From an uncultured archaeon (GTDB taxonomy: Archaea; Asgardarchaeota; Thorarchaeia; Thorarchaeales; Thorarchaeaceae): 64,000 nucleotides of DNA. The notes under the pieces were generated by a model that saw nothing but the letters and a program-made list of their open reading frames with translations, made no database searches and was not told the origin of the DNA. The position numbers and the translations under genes were made by a program. Shown here in pieces: positions 28,541 through 38,105 of the stretch. Each line of letters opens with the position of its first letter. The stretch's first letter is position 1. Where the stretch lies: positions 9,714 through 73,713 of the forward strand of contig CAZPWM010000002.1 in NCBI GenBank assembly GCA_964590575.1. The letters run 5' to 3'.

Positions 28541-30009
28541 AAAAATTGGATAATGCTCGTACACCATCTGGAAAATCCTTTCAAGATATCCCATCACGTA
28601 AGAGCATTTCAATTGATATTGAAACTCCATACGACGACCTTTTCCCAAGCGTCAACGATTCATCAGTGCAATTCTATCTTGATGCGATGCGTATCTATCT
28701 AGGAATTTGTGCTGGCACTGTTTCAATAGATAGCGCATTGAAAGCAGTTGAACGGTTGAAAGGAAATCCAGAGTATGTCGCTTATCCTACTAATCCTACG
28801 CTGGTCCCAATTAATAATATGTTCAAGAATAAAGTCTTAGAGAATCTAAAGACATTGAGCAAGTTTAATTTGCTTACAAGAGACTCCGTTAGATCCGCTT
28901 ATACGTTTGCGTTTCTAACTGAAGAAGTTCCAATTACAAAGACTGACTATGACGTACTCAGTCTCCTGACAATTGACCCAACAATCACTCTTGTTAGGGC
29001 TGCTGAAGTATTAAAAATGGCTCCTCGAACGGTTGCCAGATCATTGGATCGTATTCGTGAACGTCATTATGTGAGATTTAGTGCACTACTTGATTACTCA
29101 GCATTCAACATCCAATCTATAATGCTCTTCTTCACACTTCAGGACAATGTCGATTGGACTGAAGTAGAAAGAGGGTTATCGGAGTATCCATTTACAAAAA
29201 GTCTCCTTAAGACCACAATGACCGATCTTGGCTATGTCACATTCATGATACCGAACCATGAGAAAAATCTCCCAGCATTCCATGATTCGCTTAGATCAGT
29301 TTCTAGAACCTACTTCGACTACGCAAGCCTTCATCATCAGACCGGATCTGGCGCAAAATCAAATCTAGCACTTTTCAAAGATGGTCGTTGGGCTCTTGCG
29401 CGAGCTGTAGATTCTCCCTTTGAAGATGCAAAGCTAGACGTGGCTGGTTTGCCTCTTTTACTGCTGTGTAAAGGTGTAAAGAACGATTTTGGTCAGACCG
29501 ATTTAGCTGTGGGTTCACAACTTCAATTAGATGTCCGTGCCCCACCAAGTAAAATCAGTAAGAGTTTGGCTACCCATGGGTGGGAGATTGATCCCCGGCG
29601 TATATCTCAGGTCATCCAAAAACTTCATAGCAGGGCATTAATCCATCCCTATGTAACAGTGCAAGGTCTTGGACTATCATCGAATTTTTGTTTTGAAATA
29701 GTCTGTAACGAATCTTGGAGAGACCGTATTCTCTCCACAATCGTCACATTTCCTTGGACTATGTATTATCTCTCAGCCAGAGGAATTATAGTTTGGACAA
29801 GCGTGCCAGCTTATCATCAGGTAGAATACTATCAGGTATTTCGAGCTCTTCAACAAATGAGTGGCGTTGAAATCGTTCAACCCATCATGACAATTAGTCA
29901 GAGCGGGTCAAGATCAACCATTGACCTCACTCGAAACTGGGAGTATGAAAATGGAGTCTGGTCTGTTACACCGGAAGAAGTTGACCTTCGTCAATACCTT
30001 CTCTCCTAA
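28537..30009 (+). CDS. Lrp/AsnC-type HTH domain protein (490 aa), translationally coupled to upstream paralog
   Basis: TTG start overlapping upstream stop; internal AsnC-type HTH (DYDVLSLLTIDPTITLVRAAEVLKMAPRTVARSLDRIRE). Confidence 0.4.
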   Translation: MKKLDNARTPSGKSFQDIPSRKSISIDIETPYDDLFPSVNDSSVQFYLDAMRIYLGICAGTVSIDSALKAVERLKGNPEYVAYPTNPTLVPINNMFKNKVLENLKTLSKFNLLTRDSVRSAYTFAFLTEEVPITKTDYDVLSLLTIDPTITLVRAAEVLKMAPRTVARSLDRIRERHYVRFSALLDYSAFNIQSIMLFFTLQDNVDWTEVERGLSEYPFTKSLLKTTMTDLGYVTFMIPNHEKNLPAFHDSLRSVSRTYFDYASLHHQTGSGAKSNLALFKDGRWALARAVDSPFEDAKLDVAGLPLLLLCKGVKNDFGQTDLAVGSQLQLDVRAPPSKISKSLATHGWEIDPRRISQVIQKLHSRALIHPYVTVQGLGLSSNFCFEIVCNESWRDRILSTIVTFPWTMYYLSARGIIVWTSVPAYHQVEYYQVFRALQQMSGVEIVQPIMTISQSGSRSTIDLTRNWEYENGVWSVTPEEVDLRQYLLS

Positions 30010-30926
30010 TCTGCGTAATAGATTGATTTTGCATTCACTAGAATTTCCACACCATGCTGTCTAATTCCCTGAGGCGGACCAAAAACAATTGATGTAAAAC
30101 CCATCTTCTCTAAAGCTTTCATATAAACATGGAGTTGTTCACTAGTCCCGCAAAATGCAAATCTTTGCAAGAACTCGCTTCCCAACGAATTTACAACATC
30201 CATTCTCATTTGCCCATGTTCCTTCATCAAGCCTCTAGCCGTCTGTAGACGATTCTGGAATCCAAAGGAATTACTGACTACACGACTTAGACCAATAGCG
30301 ACCATTGCAGCTGAGTATGAAATTGATTCATTTGATAAGAAATCTTGACAATCTCCAACATATGTAGGTGGAAAAAGGCCAAGTTGAAAACCTGCAGGAA
30401 TTTCGTTCTTGATCTGGTTCAGAGCCCATTCTATCATCTCAAGATCTGAGTAGTTGAGTAGGACACCATCTGCCTTTAGTGCTGCCTTGATCATCACTGG
30501 TCCTTGAGCTCCAAGGAATACAGAACAACTATGTCCTGCTTCTGATATCCGCTGCTTTATCTCCATAAGTGCACTTGTAGTCTTTTCGACCATGATTTTA
30601 GATGAGTATGATATACCCACTCTAGCTAGAGCAAGTTTGTCCCCAGGACCTAATAAGAGGTCAAATCTTTCTCCATAGCTATCAGCCAGAGTCGACATGA
30701 ACTGCACAATCTGTGTTGAGGAGTATAGAAGCGGACTCACAAGACCTACTCCAATTCTGCATGATTTGGTTCTCTCAGCAATCGCTGCTGCTACAGTTGG
30801 AGCGTATCTTAGGGCTGGAAAATCTGTAATCCATACTTGGTCGATTCCACCTCGGTCAGCATGCTCTGCCTTTTGCAAGGTTTCAGTAATTGTTTCTCTG
30901 ACATTGAGAGCAACTCCCCATCTCAT
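30006..30926 (-). CDS. LLM-class (luciferase-like) flavin/F420-dependent oxidoreductase
   Basis: TIM-barrel LLM pattern (RIGVGLVSP.....Q...TL....G.RFDLLLGPGD); paralog of adjacent Mer-like gene; 4-nt overlap. Confidence 0.65.
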   Translation of the reverse strand: MRWGVALNVRETITETLQKAEHADRGGIDQVWITDFPALRYAPTVAAAIAERTKSCRIGVGLVSPLLYSSTQIVQFMSTLADSYGERFDLLLGPGDKLALARVGISYSSKIMVEKTTSALMEIKQRISEAGHSCSVFLGAQGPVMIKAALKADGVLLNYSDLEMIEWALNQIKNEIPAGFQLGLFPPTYVGDCQDFLSNESISYSAAMVAIGLSRVVSNSFGFQNRLQTARGLMKEHGQMRMDVVNSLGSEFLQRFAFCGTSEQLHVYMKALEKMGFTSIVFGPPQGIRQHGVEILVNAKSIYYAD

Positions 30927-32005
30927 CGCCCACCCCTCCTAGAGTCAACCTCTGCAAATATATCGATTAGAGCCTCCCTCCAATCTCCTGAGAAAGGTGG
31001 ACCAAGTACAATTTCGGTAGCACCAATTCCAGCTATATCCTCAAATCGATTAACCATATGCTCCTTTGTACCACTTATCGAAAAGACATCCAACAGCTCG
31101 TCATCAACGAATTTTCCTCCTTCTTTAGGACTAGACGCCGCAACAGTTTCGCGAATTTTATTCACTTTGTTTCTGTCTACCGTAAGCATATCCAGCACTG
31201 CATCTGGTGTATCTGCAATCACCAATGCAACAACTCTCCGAGCAACCTTTTCCTGGATGCCCTTGAAGGTCGGAATTGTCGGGACCCAAACCACTTTCTC
31301 AATATCATCCTTATTTCTTCCGGCTTGGTTAGCAGCAGCATCAACCATCTTGATTGCATTTCTTAGATAGTCAAAAGGTCCGGACAAAATCACTCCATCA
31401 GCTATCGTACCTACAAGTTTCAACATCTGAGGCCCTCTGACCCCTAAAAAGACTGGAATATTGACTGGACTTGATTGACCCAAACCAAAGCCACGCAAAG
31501 AGAATAGTTCACTACTGGAATCTACTGTCTCTCCTGCCCATAACCGTCTGAGAATCTTCACTGATTCCCTAAGTTCTGATACAGGTTTTTTGATGTGGAT
31601 TCCATGCTTCTCGAGGTCTTGGATGCCTCCAATTCCAAAACCAAATGCGAACCGTCCAGCACCAATCTCATCCAGAGTGACACCTACACGAGCAAGAGTT
31701 GAAATATTGTGAACAGTTACAGGTATAATACCAGTTCCAACTCGTGTTTTCTTTGACTGGAGCAGGGTCGCTGCTGTGAGCACAAAGGTTTCTTGTCCAA
31801 GTGCGATATCTTCACCAATCCAGACACTCTTTGCACCAAGCGAGTCTGAGTTCTGTGCAATCCAATCCGTTGCATTTACACCCATGTGCGTGGTGATACC
31901 AATACTGACTTCGTACGAGCCACTCATATCAATCAAATCATTCCATTCAAATATAACCCCTCTCAAATATCCAGCTTTTGTAAGGGGATATGTATTTCTG
32001 GGCAC
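30923..32005 (-). CDS. LLM-class F420-dependent oxidoreductase, 5,10-methylene-H4MPT reductase (Mer)-like
   Basis: SVWIGEDIALGQETFVLTAATLLQSKKTRVGTGIIPV...RFAFGFGIGG typical of Mer/F420-dependent LLM family. Confidence 0.7.
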   Translation of the reverse strand: MPRNTYPLTKAGYLRGVIFEWNDLIDMSGSYEVSIGITTHMGVNATDWIAQNSDSLGAKSVWIGEDIALGQETFVLTAATLLQSKKTRVGTGIIPVTVHNISTLARVGVTLDEIGAGRFAFGFGIGGIQDLEKHGIHIKKPVSELRESVKILRRLWAGETVDSSSELFSLRGFGLGQSSPVNIPVFLGVRGPQMLKLVGTIADGVILSGPFDYLRNAIKMVDAAANQAGRNKDDIEKVVWVPTIPTFKGIQEKVARRVVALVIADTPDAVLDMLTVDRNKVNKIRETVAASSPKEGGKFVDDELLDVFSISGTKEHMVNRFEDIAGIGATEIVLGPPFSGDWREALIDIFAEVDSRRGGR

Positions 32006-32019
32006 GTTCCTAAGTCAAA

Positions 32020-32580
32020 ATGATTACATTGGCACGAATAGTCTGGGGGATCACTGGTTCTGGTGACCTAATACATGAGATACTCACAACAATGAAAAAG
32101 TTAGAGGATAATACAGACATTCGCCTTACCGTTATCGTTTCCAGAGCAGGTGAGCAGATGCTTAGACTTTACGGTCTTTGGGATGAACTGAATGGATCAT
32201 TCTCAAAGGTCCTGAAAGAAACCAATGCAAATGTTCCGTTCATTGCCGGGCCTCTTCAGATAGGCAAGTATGATGCTTTCGTCGTAGCTCCCTTGACAGC
32301 AAATTCAACCGCTAAAATTGCACATGGTATAGCTGATACATTAATCACAAATGCCATCGCTCAGACTCTGAAGGGAAGTACACCAGTAATATTGTACCCT
32401 GTAGACCAAGTTGATGAAGAAGTACAAACAGTAGGTCCCAAAGGCGAGAAGTTCTCAATCAAACCTCGTGGGATTGATTTAGACAATGTGAGGCGACTTC
32501 GAGAGATGGAACGAGTCATCGTTGTAGATTCGCCTCTTGTGATTCCTAATCTTATTGCAGACCTCCTCAAGAAAGTGTGA
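32020..32580 (+). CDS. flavoprotein (archaeoflavoprotein AfpA / dihydromethanopterin-reductase-like)
   Basis: ~186 aa; WGITGSGD flavin-binding N-terminal motif of Flavoprotein (PF02441-like) family. Confidence 0.65.
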   Translation: MITLARIVWGITGSGDLIHEILTTMKKLEDNTDIRLTVIVSRAGEQMLRLYGLWDELNGSFSKVLKETNANVPFIAGPLQIGKYDAFVVAPLTANSTAKIAHGIADTLITNAIAQTLKGSTPVILYPVDQVDEEVQTVGPKGEKFSIKPRGIDLDNVRRLREMERVIVVDSPLVIPNLIADLLKKV

Positions 32581-32589
32581 GGAATCTAA

Positions 32590-33249
32590 ATGGGTGGTAA
32601 TGCTCGTAGAGAAGCTCTTGTAAGAAAGAGAGTGATTAATTGGTATGACAAACATGGTCGTGATTATCCGTGGAGGAACACGACTGATCCTTTTCTCATT
32701 TTGATTGCAGAGATACTACTACGTCGAACAACAGCTTCTGCAGTATCACGAGTCTTCCCTGACTTCATACAAAGATTTGGCACACCTATGTGTATAACAC
32801 AGGCGCAAGAATCTACTATTACACAAGCTTTGTCTTCTTTGGGTTTACAATTACTCAGAGCAAAGCAACTCAAGGAAACCGCTTCTATTATAGTAGAAGA
32901 ACACGACGGGGAAGTTCCTCGATCTAATGAGAGGCTTCAATCTCTCCCCGGCGTTGGTGTCTATATTGCTTCTGCTGTGAGAAATTTTGCTTATGGTGAA
33001 TCTGTTCCACTAATCGATGGGAATGTAGTTCATTTTATCTCACGAGTTTTTGGAATCCAATTTACTGGACCCAGTGATGCAAAAGCAGAGGAATTCGTAG
33101 CCCAGTTTGGAGGCGTACATGAAGCCAAACTGTATTGGGGGATTATTGACCTCGTCGCCACTGTCTGCCTAAGGCGGAATCCAAGGTGTGGAGTTTGTAC
33201 TCTATCTAATGTTTGTAATTACAGAAAGGTCAGTCTAGATCTGGGATAG
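32590..33249 (+). CDS. HhH-GPD base-excision DNA glycosylase, MutY/EndoIII-like with 4Fe-4S cluster loop
   Basis: WYDKHGRDYPWR N-terminus (MutY-like), HhH (LQSLPGVGVYIASAV), catalytic D (IDGNV), C-terminal CxxxxxxCxxCxxxxxC (CLRRNPRCGVCTLSNVC). Confidence 0.7.
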   Translation: MGGNARREALVRKRVINWYDKHGRDYPWRNTTDPFLILIAEILLRRTTASAVSRVFPDFIQRFGTPMCITQAQESTITQALSSLGLQLLRAKQLKETASIIVEEHDGEVPRSNERLQSLPGVGVYIASAVRNFAYGESVPLIDGNVVHFISRVFGIQFTGPSDAKAEEFVAQFGGVHEAKLYWGIIDLVATVCLRRNPRCGVCTLSNVCNYRKVSLDLG

Positions 33250-33601
33250 GTATATCGATTGCTATCTTCTCGCCACATGGACAAGTTGCATTTATTGGGT
33301 ATGTACTAGGTGTGTCAATACTGACTGAAGCTCCCTGTACTGCCGCTTTATCTATTAACGCTTGCATATTGTGGACCATATATCTGGCAAACCCCACTAC
33401 GAGGTCTGGAATACACATATCATTAATCCAATACACGTAGCGGGAACAACTAGGACAATGACTAACGAGAATGTGTGTCCCATCACCACACTTCGTACAA
33501 GTGAGGTCAGTATGGTGATATTCAGGGGCATTTGGCATGGGGAGATCTAGTTGATTTTCTTCACCACAGCGGTAGCAAAAATAGCTGAATTCTTTATTCA
33601 T
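33230..33601 (-). CDS. Cys-rich zinc-ribbon protein (hypothetical)
   Basis: CYRCG...CTKCG...CPSCS...CPCG motifs. Confidence 0.45.
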   Translation of the reverse strand: MNKEFSYFCYRCGEENQLDLPMPNAPEYHHTDLTCTKCGDGTHILVSHCPSCSRYVYWINDMCIPDLVVGFARYMVHNMQALIDKAAVQGASVSIDTPSTYPINATCPCGEKIAIDIPIPDLD

Positions 33602-33930
33602 TGATTGTTAGCCTCTCTTATTGGGTTCCTAGGAGTCTGTTATTGGGAAGAAATAAATCAACGCTATTAGAAAATTGTCCTGTGGTTCTAATAAGGCATT
33701 ATTCACACAATACTGAGGAAGTGAATATGATGTTAATGCAACAACAGAACACGAAATTGATGTCCTTGTTACTCGTGTTCCTCACCGAGAATTACACAGC
33801 TGAACTACGACGCTGTAACGTCTGCGACACAACTACGCCACGATTCGAAAGAAGTTTTCTAATTAGCGGAGAGTGGGTATGTGTTGATTGTATTCTCTCA
33901 CGAATAAATGGCATTCCGCGCCCCTGTTAG
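33601..33930 (+). CDS. hypothetical small protein with C-terminal CxxC..CxxC
   Basis: ORF in track; true start uncertain (internal MMLMQQQ). Confidence 0.3.
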   Translation: MIVSLSYWVPRSLLLGRNKSTLLENCPVVLIRHYSHNTEEVNMMLMQQQNTKLMSLLLVFLTENYTAELRRCNVCDTTTPRFERSFLISGEWVCVDCILSRINGIPRPC

Positions 33931-33963
33931 CATCTGCTAAACCGAACAGTGTAAAAGTAAGTA

Positions 33964-34761
33964 GTGGACCCTGAATCTAGTCAGGTGAATCCATTGAAGA
34001 CACGAATTCAACCTCATCTTAGAGTTGGAGAAGGCGATGTAGAGAAACATGTCATTATTACGGGCAATCCCGATCGTGTACCTGTGATTGCCTCCAGGAT
34101 GAAAGATTCAGAGGAAGTATCACGCTATCGTGGACTTGTCACTTATCGTGCTTATACACCAAAAGGTACGCCAGTAACTATCTCTGGTACTGGTATGGGT
34201 GCTGCATCAACTCATATTTGCATTGAAGAGTTGGCGAAACTTGACTGCGAAGTTATCATTCGTCTTGGTAGCTGTGGTGGCATTGATCCCTCTGTTAAGA
34301 CCGGTGATGTTGTGGTACCTACTGCTGCTGTACGCGATGAGCGTGCAAGCCTCAATTATGCACCAATAGAGTATCCCGCCGTAGCTTCTCCTGAGTGGTA
34401 TCTTGCGCTCTATGAGAGCATTTCACAACTGCTACCCCCGGATCGTGTGCATTCAGGTATCAATTGGACCTCTGATATTTATTATGTGAATCCAGCACTC
34501 AATCAACTTGATCTGTGGACCCGAGCTAAAGTGAAGTGCGTCGAGATGGAGGCGTCGCTTCTTTTCACATTTGCCCAGACTCGCGGGTTGAAAGCAGCTG
34601 CAATTCTCTCATGCGATGGCAATCTTCATGGAGCACAGAAAACCGAACAAGCTCATGAAGGAGAGGAAACAGGGGAACAAAACCCATTGTTGGTGGAGGC
34701 TATAGCAAAGTCACTTGATGCCCTAGTTATGGCAATCGATAAGATGGAAGAATCAAAGTAG
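33964..34761 (+). CDS. nucleoside phosphorylase, PNP/UDP family 1 (DeoD/UDP-like)
   Basis: GNPDRVPVIA, TGMGAASTHICIEEL, RLGSCGG, VEMEASLLF motifs. Confidence 0.75.
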   Translation: MDPESSQVNPLKTRIQPHLRVGEGDVEKHVIITGNPDRVPVIASRMKDSEEVSRYRGLVTYRAYTPKGTPVTISGTGMGAASTHICIEELAKLDCEVIIRLGSCGGIDPSVKTGDVVVPTAAVRDERASLNYAPIEYPAVASPEWYLALYESISQLLPPDRVHSGINWTSDIYYVNPALNQLDLWTRAKVKCVEMEASLLFTFAQTRGLKAAAILSCDGNLHGAQKTEQAHEGEETGEQNPLLVEAIAKSLDALVMAIDKMEESK

Positions 34762-34790
34762 TCTCTTCTGAACAACTGGGCAGGTTTTTA

Positions 34791-35924
34791 GTGGAGTGCT
34801 GCACTGGAAGAAGTATCATGCAGGAATCAGGGGTTCGCAGCGGCGTAATCTGTGATTCAGGTCAACAAATCACGTTGCGCTACTTTGACAAGGTGAGCAA
34901 CCCTAAATCGATTCATGGAATCTATCCTTATCGTGGAAAGATGTCAGCATTAGATGCAGCACATGTCATCTCACAATTATCCACATCTGCCGTTCTCTTA
35001 GACCCATTCTGTGGGACAGGTACGATAGTCTATGAAGCACAAGCTCATGGCATGAGATCAATCGGTATCGATAACAATCCACTAGCTTGTGTAATTGCAC
35101 GGGGAAAGACTGAACCCGTTGAACCGGAGTCCGTCATCAGAAATCTATCATCTGCGATTTCAGAAGCACAATCTCAAGAAGATGCTCCAAAAATGCCTGC
35201 AACTCCTGCGAAGTATTTTCATCCTGAAACAGCAAATCAAATCATGAGAATCATACAAGTTTCAACTACATTCTCTTCTTATCTTCTCTCAGCGCTTTAT
35301 GGGTCGATTTGTGTGGCAGCTCGAGCCTGTAACGGTTGGTTGTGGACATCTACGTCAACAGGCCGTATCAATGACCCGCTGCGTAGGATTGACTTCTACT
35401 CGACATTTCAGCGAAAAACAAAGAAGCATATAGAATTCGTTGGCAAGGGTCACCCTGCATCGATTCTTACTCATGACACACGTCAGATTCATGAGATTAT
35501 TGACGAAGAATCAGTAGATGTTGTGTACACAAGTCCTCCCTACTTTGACGCATTGGACTACACTAATTATTACTCCAAGATTGTCCTTGAGATACTTGGT
35601 ATGGATAGAGCCTCTGTCCGTAAAGGTCTCATTCAGCGATACTCAACCTATAGAGAAGATATGAAAAAAGCATTAGAGGCGATTAGTAGAGTAGTCCATG
35701 ATGAATCAATCATAATCTTTGTAGTTGGGGACCGTAAGGTTCGTGGAAAATTGATTCGGGGGTGTGATTTCTTCACTGAAATTGCTCCTTGGGACCATTC
35801 ATACATTGTTGAGCGAGAGTATACAAGCACAGCAAGTGGTCTCTGGGATAAAATCAACAGAACTCAGAGAAAAGAGCAGATGATTGTCTGGGATCTTGGT
35901 AATGGAGGTAAGAAGCCAGAATGA
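34791..35924 (+). CDS. DNA methyltransferase (N4-C/N6-A, SPPY-type)
   Basis: SAM motif I LDPFCGTGT, catalytic VYTSPPY; 4-nt overlap with next methyltransferase. Confidence 0.6.
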   Translation: MECCTGRSIMQESGVRSGVICDSGQQITLRYFDKVSNPKSIHGIYPYRGKMSALDAAHVISQLSTSAVLLDPFCGTGTIVYEAQAHGMRSIGIDNNPLACVIARGKTEPVEPESVIRNLSSAISEAQSQEDAPKMPATPAKYFHPETANQIMRIIQVSTTFSSYLLSALYGSICVAARACNGWLWTSTSTGRINDPLRRIDFYSTFQRKTKKHIEFVGKGHPASILTHDTRQIHEIIDEESVDVVYTSPPYFDALDYTNYYSKIVLEILGMDRASVRKGLIQRYSTYREDMKKALEAISRVVHDESIIIFVVGDRKVRGKLIRGCDFFTEIAPWDHSYIVEREYTSTASGLWDKINRTQRKEQMIVWDLGNGGKKPE

Positions 35925-36751
35925 CTCATCACTTGGTTGTGATTGGTGATAGTACATGCATGGATGAGGTACAGGACGCGTCTGTCCACCTTGTCGTCAC
36001 TTCCCCGCCCTATTGGAACCTGAAGAACTACGGTGAGGATAGAGGGATTGGACAGACTGCCACAACCTATGAGGACTATTTCAAGTCCATCTGCGATGTC
36101 TTTCGCGAGTGCGTTAAGAAGCTTGTTCCAGATGGTAAGCTCATCATCAATATCATGCCCATTCTTCTAACCGGAAAGAACACTAAATTTCATCGTAGGG
36201 TTACAAAAACAGTCTTGCCAGATCTTGAGGAATATATGACCTCGCTTGGCAATATGTACTTCCAATCATTGTATATCTGGGATAAACGAAAGGCAGTCAG
36301 ATTCAGTTCTTGGGGCTCTTATCCATATCCACCAAATCTTCTCTCAACCTATCCCTATGAATGGATTATCGTCTTCTCAAAGAGTGGAAGGAGGCCTCCG
36401 ATTGACAAAGAAATCAAAGAAGCATCGTCTATAACGCACAACGAATTTACAGACTGGGTTCAGAACTCAATTTGGGATTTCCAGACAGCTTCAGCTAAAC
36501 AAGAAAATCATCCTGCACCATTTCCTGAGGAACTTCCCCGAAGATGCATACGTTTGTATTCCTTTGTTGGTGACACTGTGCTGGACCCATTTGCTGGTAG
36601 TGGCACAACACTCAAAGTCGCTCGAGAGCTAGGAAGAAATTCTATTGGATATGAAATCAATCCTGATTACGAGATTTTGATTCGTGAAAAGATTGGGTCT
36701 ACAGCACAGGATACTGAGGACAGCTTCGAGTTCATATCGAATAAAGGCTAA
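35921..36751 (+). CDS. site-specific DNA methyltransferase (N4/N6, beta-class; DNA_methylase N-4/N-6 domain)
   Basis: N-terminal catalytic VVTSPPY, C-terminal SAM motif LDPFAGSGTT. Confidence 0.8.
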   Translation: MTHHLVVIGDSTCMDEVQDASVHLVVTSPPYWNLKNYGEDRGIGQTATTYEDYFKSICDVFRECVKKLVPDGKLIINIMPILLTGKNTKFHRRVTKTVLPDLEEYMTSLGNMYFQSLYIWDKRKAVRFSSWGSYPYPPNLLSTYPYEWIIVFSKSGRRPPIDKEIKEASSITHNEFTDWVQNSIWDFQTASAKQENHPAPFPEELPRRCIRLYSFVGDTVLDPFAGSGTTLKVARELGRNSIGYEINPDYEILIREKIGSTAQDTEDSFEFISNKG

Positions 36752-36846
36752 ACCTAAATAGTTCACAAGTCAATGGGAGATTATCGAGCAGAAGAATTGG
36801 TATTCTGCATACAAACGCAATTTTCTAAGGGAGGTCCACAGAAGTT

Positions 36847-38067
36847 TTGACATATGATGTCATTGTAGTTGGAGCTGGTCCTGCAGGTTCAACTGCAGCA
36901 TATGATTGTGCCAAGCAAGGCCTCAAGACATTGTTACTGGAAAAGTACAAACTTCCACGTGAGAAACCATGTGGTGGAGCAGTAATGTATCGGGCCCTCC
37001 GGATAATTGGCGAAAAAATACCTCGAGAACTGGTTGAGCAACGGATTTACGGTCTCAGATTTCTTCTACCGGATGGCAGAGGAACTGAATTTATTTCAGA
37101 CAAGTTGATTGGAATCACCGTTTTTCGAGACCGCTTTGATGAGTTTCTTGCACGGCGTGCAAGTAATGTAGGGGCTGAGCTCATTGATGGTGCTCCAGCT
37201 GTAGATGCATCTGTATCATCACAAGCAGCTAACGTTCGTCTTGCTGACGGAAGAGAGTTCAGTGCAAAATATCTCATTGGAGCTGATGGAGTGAACTCTG
37301 TTGTGAGTCGAAAACTTGGACTCCGTCCTAAGAGGAAGGACTTGACTAAGGTAGGTCTCGGAATGGAGGCTGATTTCCACGTTGGTGAGGCTGGAGTTTT
37401 AGAGGCAACTGGTGGAAATCCGTCAATCCTAGAAATGTGCCCAGTTGAGGGTCGAGTTAGTTATGGTTGGGTCTTCCCAAAAAGGGAACACCTTGCTATT
37501 GGGATTGCAGGAGCCGGTGTTCATATGCGTGCTCTGAGGACTCAATTTGACTCATTTTACAAACATGCGGAGAAACGGTTAGGTATTAGTCTCAACTTGG
37601 AGAAGAGAAGAACATTCTTTCTTGGTGGAGATGGGCTCGGCAGTAAGAACGTAACTCGACGTGCAATCTTAATAGGCGATGCAGCAGGTTTTGTCGATCC
37701 CCTGATGGGCGAAGGGATTGCCTATGCAATGCAATCCGGCGTTTTTGCAGCTTCAGTCATCTGCAATGCGTATGATGAAGACCGCTATGATGAAGATACA
37801 CTCTCTAAATATCAGGATCTCTGCCACGGGGCGTTTTCAGCTAATTTTGGTTTAGCAACTCAAATTGGAATTAGAGGACCTATGTTAGCAGAGATTATAC
37901 TCCCTAAAGCGAATGGACACAAGCTAGCTTCGAACGTAATGACAATGGTGGCTCGTGGTGAGATTGGCTATGCCGACATACCCTATGTTGTACTCAAGAA
38001 ACTCCCAAGAGAACTACCCGCTATAATCAAACAAGTAGTGCTTTCTCATCTTACCACACTAAACTGA
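36847..38067 (+). CDS. geranylgeranyl reductase family FAD-dependent oxidoreductase
   Basis: YDVIVVGAGPAGSTAA dinucleotide-binding motif, ~400 aa, GGR-like organisation; TTG start. Confidence 0.8.
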   Translation: MTYDVIVVGAGPAGSTAAYDCAKQGLKTLLLEKYKLPREKPCGGAVMYRALRIIGEKIPRELVEQRIYGLRFLLPDGRGTEFISDKLIGITVFRDRFDEFLARRASNVGAELIDGAPAVDASVSSQAANVRLADGREFSAKYLIGADGVNSVVSRKLGLRPKRKDLTKVGLGMEADFHVGEAGVLEATGGNPSILEMCPVEGRVSYGWVFPKREHLAIGIAGAGVHMRALRTQFDSFYKHAEKRLGISLNLEKRRTFFLGGDGLGSKNVTRRAILIGDAAGFVDPLMGEGIAYAMQSGVFAASVICNAYDEDRYDEDTLSKYQDLCHGAFSANFGLATQIGIRGPMLAEIILPKANGHKLASNVMTMVARGEIGYADIPYVVLKKLPRELPAIIKQVVLSHLTTLN

Positions 38068-38105
38068 AAACCTTCATAGGCACGAAGTCATCGGTTAATT
38101 CACTA

